Shown: piece after piece, positions 25,979 through 39,447 of the stretch
Position numbering within the stretch: the first letter of the stretch is position 1
Layout of the letters: the number at the start of each line of letters is the position of its first letter
Assembly (NCBI GenBank): GCA_964016885.1
Contig: OZ024740.1
Span: 404,612,001-404,676,000, forward strand
From: Eledone cirrhosa
Lineage: Eukaryota
DNA length: 64,000 nucleotides
Direction of reading: 5' to 3'
Notes under the pieces: model-generated
Database searches by the model: none
Seen by the model: only the letters and a program-made list of their open reading frames with translations
What the model was told of the DNA's origin: nothing
Translations under genes and position numbers: made by a program

Positions 25979-26694
25979 CTTCATTTCATTTCTTTTCAAA
26001 TCTATTGTGTGTAGGTGTATATTACCCAACATAGACTTCCTCTTTTTGAAGACACTAGTGTGTGATGAAGGAATATTTGGCTACTATTTAGCAGGTTAAA
26101 TGCCCATGTAAAGGCTTACCCGTCAGCCTGGAGGGGTTTAACATAGTGTGAACTTCTTGTGATTATCAACTCCTAGTGTATCAAGATGGAACCTCAGTCT
26201 GACTAGTCCTTAATACACTATATGAAAACAATGTCCTTAGTTGTGATTCAGTGACTTATTAGTTTGGGGATATTTTCATTTCATAAGTGATTATTTTTTA
26301 TATGCATGCCATGTGTATCCTAGTTTTTAGAAAAGGTACACCATATCCCTGTATGTAAGAAGAGGTAACTAAAAGGGTTGTCATCAAAAAGGGCATCCAG
26401 CTGTAAAACACTCTTAAACCATTCCACCCAAATCCATACTAGCATGGAGAAATGGACATGATGATGCATTTGTTTAGTCAAGTAAGGAAGGGCAGCAATC
26501 ACGAGCCTTTATTTTCTCGGGGTCACTGAGACTGGTGAGAGGATAAGAGGAAGTTATACTCAAAACTGGAGACCTAGTCCAAATGCTAGCCATAGAGTGA
26601 AGTTCACTAAAAGCACTCAAAAGTTCAGTGGTGAAGTTAAACTGGTTAACTGAATTGACTACACTACATTATACTTATCTTTTATGGTGATAAG

Positions 26695-26980
26695 GATGGA
26701 GTGTAGTAGGAGGTAAGGGGATTTGTAGTGGTGGTGGAGTGTGGTGGTGAATAGTGATGGTGGTGTGTAGCAGTGAATGGTGACAGTGGAGTATGGTGGT
26801 GGTGATGTGGTAATGGAGGAGTGCAGTGGTGTGTAGTGATAGGTAGTGATAGTGGAGTGGAGGGTGGTAAAGATGAATTGGAATGGTAGTGGTGGAGTGT
26901 GGTAATGGGGGTGTATAATAGTGGGGAGTGATAGTGGAATGTAGTGGTGGGATGTGGTGTGTGATGGTGTGTAGTAGTCA
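26695..26980. repeat. Degenerate (GGT/AGT)n low-complexity tract
   Basis: G/T-rich triplet-like sequence almost devoid of C on the plus strand. Confidence 0.8.
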
Positions 26981-27109
26981 TAACCTGAAATATCAGTTTA
27001 TGAGTGTTAAGTTAGAGACGTTGTGTGAGCTTGTGCAGTGGTGGGGATTGCTGACAAGATAATAGTTGTAAATATAATTCCAACAAGGGTTTAAGATGCA
27101 AGATCTCGA

Positions 27110-27306
27110 CCCTTTAGCATTTAAACTGGCTGTATCCGACCAGAATTCTTTCACCTCTTTCTGTTCAAACCGACTGTAACTGGCCACTCATATTGATGTT
27201 AAGGTATTGTTCTCAAAATCTCATAGACTCTATAGTATGTGAGATAAAGCCTTTACTGCAAAAATACAATAGTATATATAGAGTAATGTTAATGCAAAAG
27301 GGTTAA
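27110..27306 (-). mobile_element. TTAA MITE family 1, inverted copy
   Basis: CCCTTTAGCATTTAAA ... TAATGCAAAAGGG-TTAA. Confidence 0.75.
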
Positions 27307-27864
27307 GAGATAAAAAAAAAAGGCAGAAAAGGAAAATAAGTAAATCTTTCGATAGCCATATCTACATTGACAGTTTGTAATTGTTTATAGAAATAAAATT
27401 ATCCACAGCATTTAGGCTTTTGCTATTAATTCTAATTTGGACTTGTCTTAAAGTCCAATATAAGGCATACTAGGCTGGTCACCATCAAGACCTCTGGTGT
27501 CCTCAGTCCCTGGACTGCCATTTTCCTCCATCAAACCTGTGAAAGGAGCCCTGGATGACACTGGTATTGCTGGCTGTTATCCTTGGCAACGCTTTCACCA
27601 TCTTGTCTGCAGAGTACAGCTGAAATAAGCCATCCAGACATATAATGTAGATTTTTTTTCCCCCTCTGCATATTTCCCCCACTTTTTTTTTGTCATTAGG
27701 ATATTGTAAATGTATTTAAAATTAAATCTATTTATTCACATTAAAAAAAATAAATAAAGAGTATATCTATGACTGAATTGTCACCCTTGAATACAAAACA
27801 ACTGCTCAAAGCTGATGAAAATAAATAATACCCTGTAGGACATTGGAAATAAAATGTATCTTAC

Positions 27865-27990
27865 CAATGGGTAAAGCATTAAGGTGGGGTAGGAACGAAT
27901 TCCTTGCATACGACACAAGTTCCAGTCATCTTGGCAATTCACAGCACCTATTCGTAAAACACCATCAAGTTGTCGAGCAACTTCACGCCA
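27865..27990 (-). CDS. DNAJC10: DNAJC10 coding exon 5
   Basis: WREVARQLDGVLRIGAVNCQDDWNLCRMQGIRSYPTLMLYPL; CAG acceptor and GTAAGA donor; phase 0/0. Confidence 0.94.
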
Positions 27991-28364
27991 CTGAAACAAA
28001 ACATATTGGTTTTACATTTTTGATCAACTTAAAGTTCATTATAATCACAAAGTGATAGCGTTGGTGTCATGATAAAATTTCATTTACAAGGTACCATATA
28101 TTTTGAATTGAGGTTTTTTAGGTCTAATAGATAAGTCACATGCTGATTTTCATATAATATTTTCATGGAAAAAGTGCAACTTATACACAAGTATATTACA
28201 GTAAGAATAAATATATTAAAACAAAACAAATATATCAATTATTAATTTAAAGTGTTTAAAGTATATCAATTTTAAGATTGTTCAAGTAGTGAACTTATCA
28301 GATTGAGAAATGCCTATACTTATATTTATAAGTTAATTCAAACTAATTTCAGAGAGCTACTTAC

Positions 28365-28450
28365 CACAGGTGCCAAGTGGTGACAATGAGAGCAATGAGG
28401 TGAGTAATAATTGATGAACCAAATATCTTCAGTGCCCTCAACAGATTGTT
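28365..28450 (-). CDS. DNAJC10: DNAJC10 coding exon 4 (Trx1 active site CSHC)
   Basis: (E)QSVEGTEDIWFINYYSPHCSHCHHLAPV; CAG acceptor and GTAAGT donor; phase 1/0. Confidence 0.94.
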
Positions 28451-29450
28451 CTGAAATAAAATTGAAAATAATTTCAGATTTCAAAAATGTTTAAATAAAA
28501 CAAAAAAAACCATGCCTCTTTCCCTCAACACACAATACTGACAAAATGTGTCAAAAAAGAGAAATCACTTTACCAGCTAGAAAGACCAACCAAATCTCCC
28601 TCAAATAACACCCTAATGAAAAAATAATAAAAACATTAATATAGGACTAAGTATCCCTAAAAAGACAGGATAGTCAGGGATAGAATGCCTTTGACCAGAA
28701 GTCTGCTTGATCAGAATTGACGTGGGGCTAAGCATCAACATAATTTACCCACAGTACATACATAATTTGGTAATTTAAGTTAGCTATTACACTTTGAATA
28801 TTCATGAATATGTTTGTATTCTTTGACACCCATGCTAGCATGGAAGATAGACGTTAAAGGATGATGATGAGGATGATGAGGATGGGGATGAGGATGAGGA
28901 TGATGATGACAGAAAAAGTATTTTACATCTAATTCTCCATACATCTCTTCATTTTTTCCTGAAATTGTAGACTCAGTCGCATTTAAATATAATTACCATA
29001 CTTATCTCTTCTTCCCCAAATCTTCTTATCATATCTTACTTCTGATTTGACACTAAATAATTTGCCCAATCCTTCATAAGACAATATATCATATCTGACA
29101 CTATAGTGCTCTTCCCTTTTTTTGTTTTTATTGATAACAAAGATGAGTTAATTTCTAAATCTATAACTTTGATTCTTTTATAAATTTAGATATCAAACTT
29201 ATTTGTTTTAGTGAACATATTTTCAGTGTTTTCATTTACTCACTACAACAGATCTTAGAATGACATAATCAATCAGGGAAAAGCAGACGTATGATGATGA
29301 TGATGATGATGAAGAAGAAGATAGAGTATAATGTTGAATATTAAGATTAAAGTACTTTTTTCCTAAAAAGTTCTTAAATTAAGTGACAATTTTTTGGTGA
29401 CTTTATTAATACTGTCAATATTTGCTTTATGCTAATTAAAATCATCATGT

Positions 29451-29693
29451 TTAACCCTTTTGATACAAAGCCACCAAAAACTGGTCTCGGTTTTATGATA
29501 TAAAACTGTTTGTTTTAAAGTGTTTATATTTACCTAAAAACTTTCCATTATAATTTTAAGTAAGAACCTTTAATAAGCTATACTCCAAACACCAGCTTAA
29601 TAATGAGAAATTATAAATTTTTGATTATTTTCTAAATTATTTCAAAATCATAAGCAGTGTCTTTCATTAGAAATATGGTAATGAAAGTGTTAA
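29451..29693 (+). mobile_element. TTAA-flanked MITE family 2 (relatives near 13105-13545, interrupted by a SINE, and 32550-32760)
   Basis: TTAACCCTTTTGATACA ... TGGTAATGAAAGTGTTAA imperfect TIRs; shared motif CATTAGAAATATGGTAATGAAAG. Confidence 0.65.
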
Positions 29694-29733
29694 ATTTAAA
29701 ACATTTAATAAGAGTGTTTCAAAATATCTTTAT

Positions 29734-29946
29734 TTAACTCTTTAGCATTTACATTACTCTATATTTACTATTGTATTTTTATGGTAAAAGCTTTACCTCA
29801 CATAATTATCTCATATAATATCGAATCTATGAGATTTTGATATTATTTATTTTGAAAACAATACCTTAATAAAAGGCTAGTTACAGCCAATTTGAACAGA
29901 AAGAGATGAGAGAATTCTGGCCGGATATGGCCGGTTTAAATGCTAA
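29734..29946 (+). mobile_element. TTAA MITE family 1
   Basis: TTAACTCTTTAGCATTTAC ... GGCCGGATATGGCCGGTTTAAATGCTAA. Confidence 0.75.
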
Positions 29947-32441
29947 TTTCAAATAATTAAATACACAAAACTATTGTTGAATCATCAGTATACGATTGTC
30001 TTTAAAATATTACTGTATGTGTCAAATGACAATCAATATATAATAAACATTTCTTATACTAGCATCTGGCAACAGATGTTTAAATATTTTACAGAAAGGA
30101 AGTATTTCCAATAAAAAGATTTCTCATGCAACATGTTATCGTTTTAAATATATGTAAGTGAAAAAAAAATAGAAATAAAAATAACACAATATCCTAGTCA
30201 CCATTAAGAGTTTAATGTCAGTTGTTTCTACACTACTCTAGTAGGGATACAACCTTACAACAGGTTTCTTTTGTCGTTCTGTAACATCTGTTACCTCACC
30301 TATGATATCCGATATTTGTTTAGATCTAATCTAATTTTCCCAACTCTACTTCACCGTATCAATCATCACAATTGATTTTAAGTCTGTTTTTTCATACTCA
30401 TATAGGTTAAACTAATCCTCTCCAGTACAGCAACAAACCACTTTTTTTTTTTCCTTTGTCATTTTCTTTATGAGGCTCAGTTTCCTGAGATCAGTTTTTA
30501 CCACTTCTGCCCACATCTTTCATGATCTTCTTTCCCGAATTCCTTCTACTTAGAATTCCAAACACTTCAGCCAACTATCACCATTCTTACTCATTACATG
30601 AGCTGACTAAGGCTATCTCTCCTGCAAACTACATATGATTCCTCTTATACCAGGTTTTCCTCTCATTTCATCTGTGCTTTATCAATCATGCATATTGATA
30701 TTAGAGAAGTCACCTCCAATGCTAATTATGTCACCAAGATAAGAGAAACTATCAACTCCCATGGAACTTTCCCTGGATTGGAGAAAGTTTATTTCATTGA
30801 CGTTATTGCTACTATCCCTGTGCATCTGCCACATTCATGGAATCTATTATCAGATCCTAACAGTTTTTTCACACAAAATATGTTATACCAACATAAATTT
30901 AAAGATTCATCAGCCAATATCTATAATATTATTATTATTTTCTACATTGGAATGACATTTCTGTGGTTGTAATAGTGAAATTTATTTATAGCAAACAGTA
31001 TGAGATGTTTTGTAGTACTCTGTGCTGGCTGTTGTTGATTAGCCCTAATTAATCTTTGTCCTAATTGAGCAAACCTATAATCAAAGACATTCTAGCTATC
31101 ACTATCCGAGCTATATTTTTTCAAACAGTGTATTTTGAACTATGTTATTAAATATCCTTGTTTCTCTGTTTTTGTTGTTGTTTTTTTTAGATAGTAAAAT
31201 GCAATATGAGGGAAGCTTGGCTGTTATTTCTAGCTGAGATTGTTTTTTTTAAATTTAGGCACACGGCTAGCAATTTTAGAGGACAGGAAAGCCAATCAAA
31301 TTGACTGGGTACTTAACTGGTACTTTATTTTATCAACCTCAGAAGGATGAAAGGTAACATTGACTTTGGCAGCATTTTAATCTTGGGGCCCGTGTTCACA
31401 TACATACATACAAACACACACACAAATACATATGCATCATCATCATTAACAGCATTTAATGTCTGCTTTCCAATACTAGCTAGGGTTGGATGGGTTTATA
31501 TAGACCAAGTCAGTACAGATGCGGGACTACTCACCTCCCAGACAGAAGGGTCTGTATCTCACATATGGTCATATGTCCTATTGTGTGTACAGAAGTTGTT
31601 GTGTCTTATGACACAAACTGAAGGGTTGTCCCAGCCCCTTGTTTGGCAAACTTTTTATGGCTGGATGCCCTTCCTAACACCAACTGCTTTACAGTGTGTA
31701 CTGGGTGCATTTATCATGTAGATCACCAACACTAGGGTAGCTAGATTTATATATATATATACATCCTTGTATACTGTAAGAAGTGATTAAAATGGTTACT
31801 TCCAAGAATTGCATCCAGCTGTAAAACATTGCCTCAAAATATCCCGTTCAACCCATGCTGGCATGGAAAAGTCAACATAAAAACGACAATGATGATATAT
31901 ATATGGTGCCACAACAAAATGCACCCAGTCAACCCTGTAAGGTGAAATCACCCAGTACACCCTGTAATGTGGTCATATTGGTGTCATGATAAAATGCACC
32001 CAGTACACCTTGTAAGGCAGTAATGCTGGTGCCATGAAAAAAATTCCCAGTACACACTGTAAGGTGGTTGACATTACAAAGGGCTGCCAGCCATAGAAAA
32101 CCAAGCCCAAAATGGAGCATATAGGCAAGACATGGTCACTTCACCTGTCTGGCCTTATAATATAACAGCTCATGTAACCTATATGCAAACATGGAAAATG
32201 GCCATTAAACAGTGATAATGGTGATGATTATGAACGCATATATATGTCTGTCTGCTAATTGTGAGTATACTGCACAACAGCTGTGTCAGGATACATCTGG
32301 AAATTTCCTAGCAACGTAGCTCTCTCACAGGTTAGATAATGATCTGCTAATGCCTATAACTGCATTATATTCACCAAAACATTTTTACATTACAAATTGT
32401 ACATAAAGTGAAGAAAATAGTTTCTGAAGGAAAATACTTAC

Positions 32442-32492
32442 CAAAATCAGAAAGACTTAATGTTATAATTTCTGGATCATCATCATATATAC
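32442..32492 (-). CDS. DNAJC10: DNAJC10 coding exon 3 (51 nt)
   Basis: (G)IYDDDPEIITLSLSDF, matching the ERdj5 hallmark GIYDDDPEIITL; CAG acceptor and GTAAGT donor; phase 1/1. Confidence 0.94.
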
Positions 32493-32780
32493 CTGCAAAA
32501 CAAAAAAAATGTTGTTGGTAAGCCAAAAATGTAGTGATTGTATCATAATATTATTTAACTCTGGTTCTATGACACAAAGCTATTTAATTTAAATTATTTA
32601 TATTTATCTAAAACCCTTCCATTGTTTTGTTTTTTTATGTAAGAAGCTTCATTATGTTCAAAACACTAGGTCGATAAACAAAAAGTACTTTATTATAATC
32701 AAAATAATTTGAAAAGCTTGAGCACAGTATTTCATTAGAAATATGGTAATGAAAGGTTTATGTGAAATTTGAAAACCTAC

Positions 32781-32949
32781 CAAATTCTTCTTGGTAAAAG
32801 GACCAGCTTTCATAGTGGTGTCCACCATGGAAATCTTCCTTCAGACCATCTTCACCATATGTATCAAACTTTTTTCGCAGTTTATCATCTTTCAGTACTT
32901 CATAAGCTCTGGTGATCTTCAAGAATTTTTCATGCGCTTCAGGATCATC
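32781..32949 (-). CDS. DNAJC10: DNAJC10 coding exon 2 (second half of the J domain)
   Basis: DDPEAHEKFLKITRAYEVLKDDKLRKKFDTYGEDGLKEDFHGGHHYESWSFYQEEF; TAG acceptor and GTAGGT donor; phase 0/1. Confidence 0.94.
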
Positions 32950-32969
32950 CTAACAATAAATACACAGAT

Positions 32970-34101
32970 TCATCATCATCATCATCAACGTTTAACGTCC
33001 GTGTTCCACGCTTGCATGGGTTTGGACGGGGGTAGTCCCACTTGAGGCAAGAGTGATTGTCTTGCTCGCATAGGACTGTCTGGCAGGTTTTCTACAGTTG
33101 GATGCCCTTCCTAACACCAACCACATTTACAGTGTGGGTCTGGGAGGTTTTTACCGTGTTGCCTACACGGCCACATTACAGCGTGGACTGTGTGTTTTTT
33201 TTGTCGTGACACCTACACGATCTCATTTGTTTCGACCTGGATGGTGTGGCACCAACATAACTTTACATAGAACGGGGTGGTGTGGATGGGGTGGTGGTGG
33301 TGGGACAGGGGGGGGGGGGTATTTTTGTTAGAGATACCTACTGGCTGTAGTAGGTTTTACTATGTATTTAGGTAAGGCGGGTCTTCTCTGTTACTGAGTA
33401 CCGCCAAAGGTCTCGGTCCAGTGACATTGTCTTGGAGAGGTGTAAGTGTGTGAGGTCGGAGTTTATCAGCTCGTCCCAGGTTTTTCTAGGTCTGCCTATT
33501 CCGTGGCTACCGTCTATCTTTATTGCCCTGCACTTTGTTATACAGCTATCGACTTTCATGTGCATCACGTGTCCATACCAACGTAGCCTTCTCTCGAGTA
33601 AACGACATCTGATCCCTCTTATTTCTAATTTTTTCCTTAGTTCGTTTATGCTTTGCCGTTCACGTATATTACTGTTACACATCCAGCGGAGCATGCAAGC
33701 TTCGTTCCTCTCTAGTCTGCGTATATCCTCTGCACACAATGCCCAGGTCTCACTGCCATGCAACATTGCTGTCGTATGCAGGCATCGTACAACCTGCCTT
33801 TCATTTTTAGGGAGAACCCTTTAGCAGCTAATAGTGGTATAAGCTCTCTGAACTTTTTCCAACCAGTTCTGACTCTAGCTACTGTACTTTCAGAGCACCC
33901 TCCCCCACTGCTGATTTTATCACCCAGGTAACGGAAACTGTCCACTATTTCTATAGAACCCTCTGCGCAATTGAAAGAGCTAGTATTTTGTGGGCACTTG
34001 CTGCTACTTATTGCACCAGAGCACCGGCCACATGTAAAATCTATGTTCTTAGTTAGCTTACCTGTGATCCCATTACATCTTTTATGCACCCATACTTTGC
34101 A
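32970..34101 (-). mobile_element. RTE-type LINE subfamily A, 5'-truncated
   Basis: ORFs 33712-34089 and 33368-33766; near-identical to 3065-4180. Confidence 0.95.
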
Positions 34102-34329
34102 TTATATATATATATACATATATATGTAATAATAATAATAATATTAAGTGGAGTATTAAAACTGCTTTACTGGATGGTTAGAAGCTCAATGCTTCATGCA
34201 GAGCTGTTATATACTAATTTTAAAAACACCAAAGAATCAATGCATTTTCAAACTGATTGGCTGAAACATATGTCAGTTTGAAAATACAATGATTCTTTGG
34301 TGTTTTCAAAATTAGTATATATATAAAGC

Positions 34330-34627
34330 TATGTTGGTACCACAACATCCAGTCCAAACTAATGAGGTCGTGTAGGTGTCATGACAAAAAAAAAAAAACA
34401 TACACAGTCCACACTGTGATGTGGTCGTGTAGGTAACATGGTAAAAAGCTCCCAGTCCTCGCTGTAAATGTGGTTGGTGTTAGGAACGGCATCCAGCCAT
34501 AGAAAACCTGCTATATAGTCCTATACGAGCGAGACATGGTCACCTGACCAATCTTGCCTCAAATGGGACAATTCCCGTCTAACCCAAGCTAGCGTGGAAG
34601 ATAGACGTTAAATGATGATGATGATGA
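34330..34627 (+). mobile_element. LINE subfamily A 3'UTR-only fragment
   Basis: Matches 8409-8687, with (GAT)n tail. Confidence 0.85.
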
Positions 34628-35597
34628 TATATAGTCACTATTTTACATCCATTTTTCAATGAGACCAAGATTTGATTCTTGGTGAGAGATATTTCATTAT
34701 CTCCACTAATGTCTTTAAAATAAGCATGAGCAACATAAATCATACTCCCCAAAGTCACTAAAGGTTAATCGTTCATAGGTTGAATGCCTCTAATCACAAT
34801 AGCTCAAGTAATTAATTATTTGACATCCATTTTCCGTATACTAGCTTAGATTGGATTTTTTCAGAGGTAGACATTTGTCTATGGCTGTTTTTGCTGTTGT
34901 ATTGTCTCTGATTTTTTGCCTCTTTTACAACTGGAAACCTTTTGAACTACAAATCTTAAAGTTGAAAATCAACAACACAATCTCACAGTCTAACATAGGT
35001 TTAACACCACTCATGTCTAGCACTATGTTTGAAAGGATTAAAATTATACTAGACATGGTCAACTGCTTATAATTTCAAATTTGCACAATGGCCAATTGTA
35101 TAAAGTATGTTACTATCAACTCATTGGACTGAAATTCAAATCCACTTCAAGCATTTCATGGTGTGCATGTGAACGAATCTTAATTCTGTCTCTCTGTTAA
35201 CCTAGATATCAGAAGATGTGGCAGATCCTCTGGCAATGTTACCTGTGATAAATTAGAGATAATCACTCCATATACTTTTACTTTTAGTGCATTTATCATC
35301 ATCAAAAACATCACTGATTAACATTTTCCATGCTTGCATGAGTTAGGCAGGTTATCCTGATCTAAGGTTAGACTGCTCACATAACCACATCTTACTCATG
35401 CATTCCATTTTTGGCTTGGTTTCTTCAGCTGCACGCCCTTCCTAACACTAACCACTTTGCAACATGTACTGGGAGCAGTTTATCATAGCAGCAACACTAT
35501 CATCTTACAGATTGGACTGGAGTTTTTGGGGGAGTTTTTTTCTAAAATAGCTTTAAATGCACATAAATGATAATGAAACAAATTATAAAGTACTCAC

Positions 35598-35795
35598 AGT
35601 CTTCTTATCAGGATGTTCACTGACTGCCAATTTCTTGAATGCCTGTCGAATCTCTTTCTGACTAGCTGATCGAGAAACTTTCAGGACGTCATAATAATCT
35701 ACATTGGCTATCACCAGAGAAAGTAAAGTGAAACAGAAAAAAACAACCAAGATACTGCAAAAAGAGCACAAACGATTTTCCATACAATTGAACAT
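35598..35795 (-). CDS. DNAJC10: DNAJC10 coding exon 1 (signal peptide and J domain up to HPD)
   Basis: MFNCMENRLCSFCSILVVFFCFTLLSLVIANVDYYDVLKVSRSASQKEIRQAFKKLAVSEHPDKKT; GTGAGT donor; start is either the ATG at 35795 or the one at 35783; upstream acceptors at 35833 and 35921 imply a 5'UTR intron. Confidence 0.93.
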
Positions 35796-37065
35796 TACCA
35801 GAATTCTTGGAATGTATTGAGAAGCCAGGAACCTGAAGAAATGTAAATATTATTTCAGATGTGAATATGACTTTGTTTGAGGCATTGACATTAACTTCAC
35901 ACTACAGCTTGCTTGTTAATCTGAAATAGAAAAAAAATGATGGTTTCTGTAATACTTATTTTACATAGAAAACTTCATATAAAGATTATAAGGAAAATTA
36001 GATTCAGAAAAATTATCTTCATTATTATAATGTCCATGTGTCTACAGTTTAAGTTAAAAACACTTGTCTTGATAGTGAGTTATCTTGTCTGTATGTAGAA
36101 TCAACAGCATTTATCTCAATACTCTGTCCGTGAGTGTCTTTGTTGATATTCTAAGCCATAGGTTTTCAAATTGTGTCACCTCACTTTAATGTGTCGCCAA
36201 TAATCTCTAAGAGTGTTGGAAATTGAAGGCAAATCTTATCAATTTTCATGAATATTTGGCTGTGAAGTAAATTTGAGATCTGACAGCTCTATGTAGAATT
36301 AGACAAGTAACAATTAGACAATAAACTGTTTATTTATTAATTCTTAACATCCTGTAATGATTTAGGAGAAAATATCTAAAAATAGGTTTCTTGATTCAAA
36401 TGTCCATCGTATCTTTACTAGTGATCAGATTGTTGTGAATATTTTCAGTAAACTAAAGATTTAAATTTTTGATGTGAGCCATAGTGTTGTTTTGTACTTT
36501 TCACGAATATCTTTTTAATGCAGCTCCATCGGTACAGGACGCTAAAGATTAATTTCATCCATTTTGTGTTGCTAACAAAAATTGATTAACATATCACAAA
36601 AAATTTTAGTTTTAAAAAGTGTGTCAGCAATGTCAAGAGTTTGGAAAGTTGTGTCCTAAACATTTTAACAATGTTGAGAGAATTATTGGATATAATTTGA
36701 TGAATTTGTAAATATATCATAGATGTGTCTTGAAAGGCCAACTAACAATATTTTCCAAAGCAGCCAACTGAATGGGATTATGACAGCTAACATTAGCAAT
36801 TTGTTTTGACAAATGCTCGATAAATTGAAAACAAATATGCAGTGACAGTGATAAATTCAAAATAATGATTAACTAAGTTTTACATACATTTATCAAAAAA
36901 ATTATCATGTTGGACATATGGTTTACTGACAAATTGTCTCACAATTGTGGTCTTTTGTACATGCACAAACACTGCTCCTTAAAGATTTTACAGATTAAAG
37001 TAGAACTGATGCAACACTATATAAATAATTCACAATGAAAACTGGGAATTTTTAAAAGTAATAAT

Positions 37066-37252
37066 TGTTTCTACTTTTGGCACAAGGCCAGCAATTATCC
37101 CAGTGCATTACTGGTACTTTATTTTATCGACCCCGTAAGGATGAAAGGCAAAGTTAACCTCAGCAGGATTTGAACTCAGAATGGTAAGGGCCATAAATCT
37201 ATACATCAAAGCATAGTGTCCGACCCCCTACTGATACTGCCAATCCACCGCC
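37066..37252 (-). mobile_element. SINE family 1, full length, with an 18-bp target-site duplication
   Basis: ATTTTTAAAAGTAATAAT at 37048-37065 and 37253-37270; A and B boxes and core intact. Confidence 0.9.
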
Positions 37253-37599
37253 ATTTTTAAAAGTAATAATACTATATTATTTATATATTTATTTTATTGG
37301 ATACATGGCCATTTTTTTTAGCAGAAAAAGTAAGGTTACTTATTTCAGAGTTGTACTTACCCACCTTCCCATGAGTACAAGCGTTAAACTAATATTTCTT
37401 CATTGTAGTGTGTTGTTTGTTTTGTAATTTATGTTTACCTTTTACATACATATCTATATGTACTCATACCCACTAGGTAAGCTACAGAACTTATCACTCC
37501 TGGTAGTGTTCTCCAGAGAAATATATACATCATTTCTCATTTCTGTATCTGTATATAAATTTGAGGAACTTCCATCTGTCCGTCACACACTAAAGATAA

Positions 37600-37765
37600 C
37601 TTAGGAAGGAAGGGGTGATGACGTCACATACTAGGGATGATTTGAGGAAGGAAGGGGTAATGATGTCACACACTAGAAATGATTGAGGAAGGAAGGAGTG
37701 ATGATGTCACACACTAGTAATGATTGGTGTCATGCACTAGAGATAACTTACGAAGGAAGGGTTGA
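37600..37765. repeat. About 41-bp degenerate tandem repeat, 3-4 copies
   Basis: GAGGAAGGAAGGGGTGATGATGTCACACACTAG recurs. Confidence 0.75.
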
Positions 37766-38262
37766 TGACAAACTCCAGAAAACAGTATCTAACATTCACT
37801 ATACGTGTGTGTGTTTGTATGAATGTGTGTGTTTGTGTGAATATATGTGTATTTGTGTGAATGTATGTCTGTGAGCGTGTATTGAATTACATTTATAGTT
37901 AGAGATTTTACTGATACTAAATCATTCTCAGAGACTTTTGATTTTAGAAATTTTCTAGTATACCATTTGGGTTATTCTAAGGTTTGGTGAAATGCATTTT
38001 GCATTGGGTTTTATGAGATTTTTTATTATGTTTGTCTGTTCTATAGTTTTTATGCATTTAATTCATATAACACAGTTTATGTGTAATTTGTGTATTGTTT
38101 ATACTGCCATAGTATCTATTCCAATATTCATCTGTGGTTTGGTCTACTAGTTTGTTCAGACATTGTTAATTCATGTTTGAAGAAGCAAACCTAAATGCTC
38201 TTCTAAGTAGGGATTTTCCAGACATTTTGTAGCTGTGTGGACATTAGCTATCCCCATATAAG

Positions 38263-38603
38263 TCATCATCATCATTTCATTTTACGTCCGCTTTTTCCCT
38301 GCTTGCAAGGGTGGGACGGGAACTGATTCTGGCTTGATTTCTACAGCTGGATGCCCTTCCTAACACCAACCTCATTTACAGTGAGTGCTGGGTGCTTTTT
38401 TGCCGTGGCACCTCCACGACCACTTTGCAGTGGAATGATATGGACCCCAGTCCCTATCATCTCATTTCTACAGCTGAGTAAACTGGAGCAATGTGAAATA
38501 AAGTGTCTTGCTCAAGGAAACAACACATCACTCGGTCTGAGAATTGAACTCACAACCTTTCGATTGCAAGGCCAATGCTCTAACGACTAAGCCATGTGCC
38601 TCC
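38263..38603 (-). mobile_element. SINE family 2: tRNA head, CORE-like body and RTE LINE 3' tail
   Basis: Minus strand: TGGCTTAGTCGTTAGAGC (A box), GAGTTCAATTC (B box), CCTTGAGCAAGACACTT, then the LINE subfamily B 3'UTR and (GAT)n; second copy at 43275-43601. Confidence 0.88.
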
Positions 38604-39447
38604 ATTATAAGTATATACATATATTTGTATCTTTGGAATAGCCATAGGTTCTCCCTTAGGAGCCATATTCATGACATTCTATCTAGCCTCAAGAGAAAAC
38701 AAATACTAAAACACAAACATATAATATACACCAAATATGTGGTGATATACTGATTGTAATAAATTCACTGGAAGACATTGAAACTTGCAGTTGATATGCG
38801 AAGGATGGAGAGAAATGAAGCAAGAATGCTTCAATGGATGTGTGATATTAATATGCTTAAATGACAAAGCATCGATGAAATGGGAGGAAAACTGGGTATA
38901 AGAAGCAGAGTGCAAGAGAGAAGACTCTACTGGTATAGAGATGTAATGCAAATGGTGGGTGATGAGAACTGGGTGAAGAAATGCCAGTGGAAGGAAGCCA
39001 CAGTAAAAGAAGACCAAGAGGTGGTGAGAGGTGTTATTATGAAAACACATACAGTAAACTGATACACACGCACATATATATATATATTTACATATACAAC
39101 CAGATTCTTTTACAGTTTCTATCTCCCAAATTCACTTACAAAGCATTGGTTGGCTTGAAACTATAGAAGACTTTTGCCCTAGGTACTGCAGTGGGATGGA
39201 GCCAAAAACTATGCATTAAGACAGTATTTTATAACTGGATGCCATTCCTGGTACCAACTCTTACTAATTGTTGGACTGCTTTACATTGACTGCATTGCAT
39301 TGACACCACTTGAAAAATGTCAAGTGGTGCTAATGCAAAGCAAAGACATGCATAAACAAGCACATACAACATATCATCATCATCATCATCGTTTAACGTC
39401 CATCTTCCACGCTAACAAGGGTTAGATGGTATATGTATATATATATC

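Noticed and set aside
26682-26981. His/Thr/Pro-rich protein
   Set aside because: Translation of an intronic low-complexity tract; it does not fit the DNAJC10 exon chain
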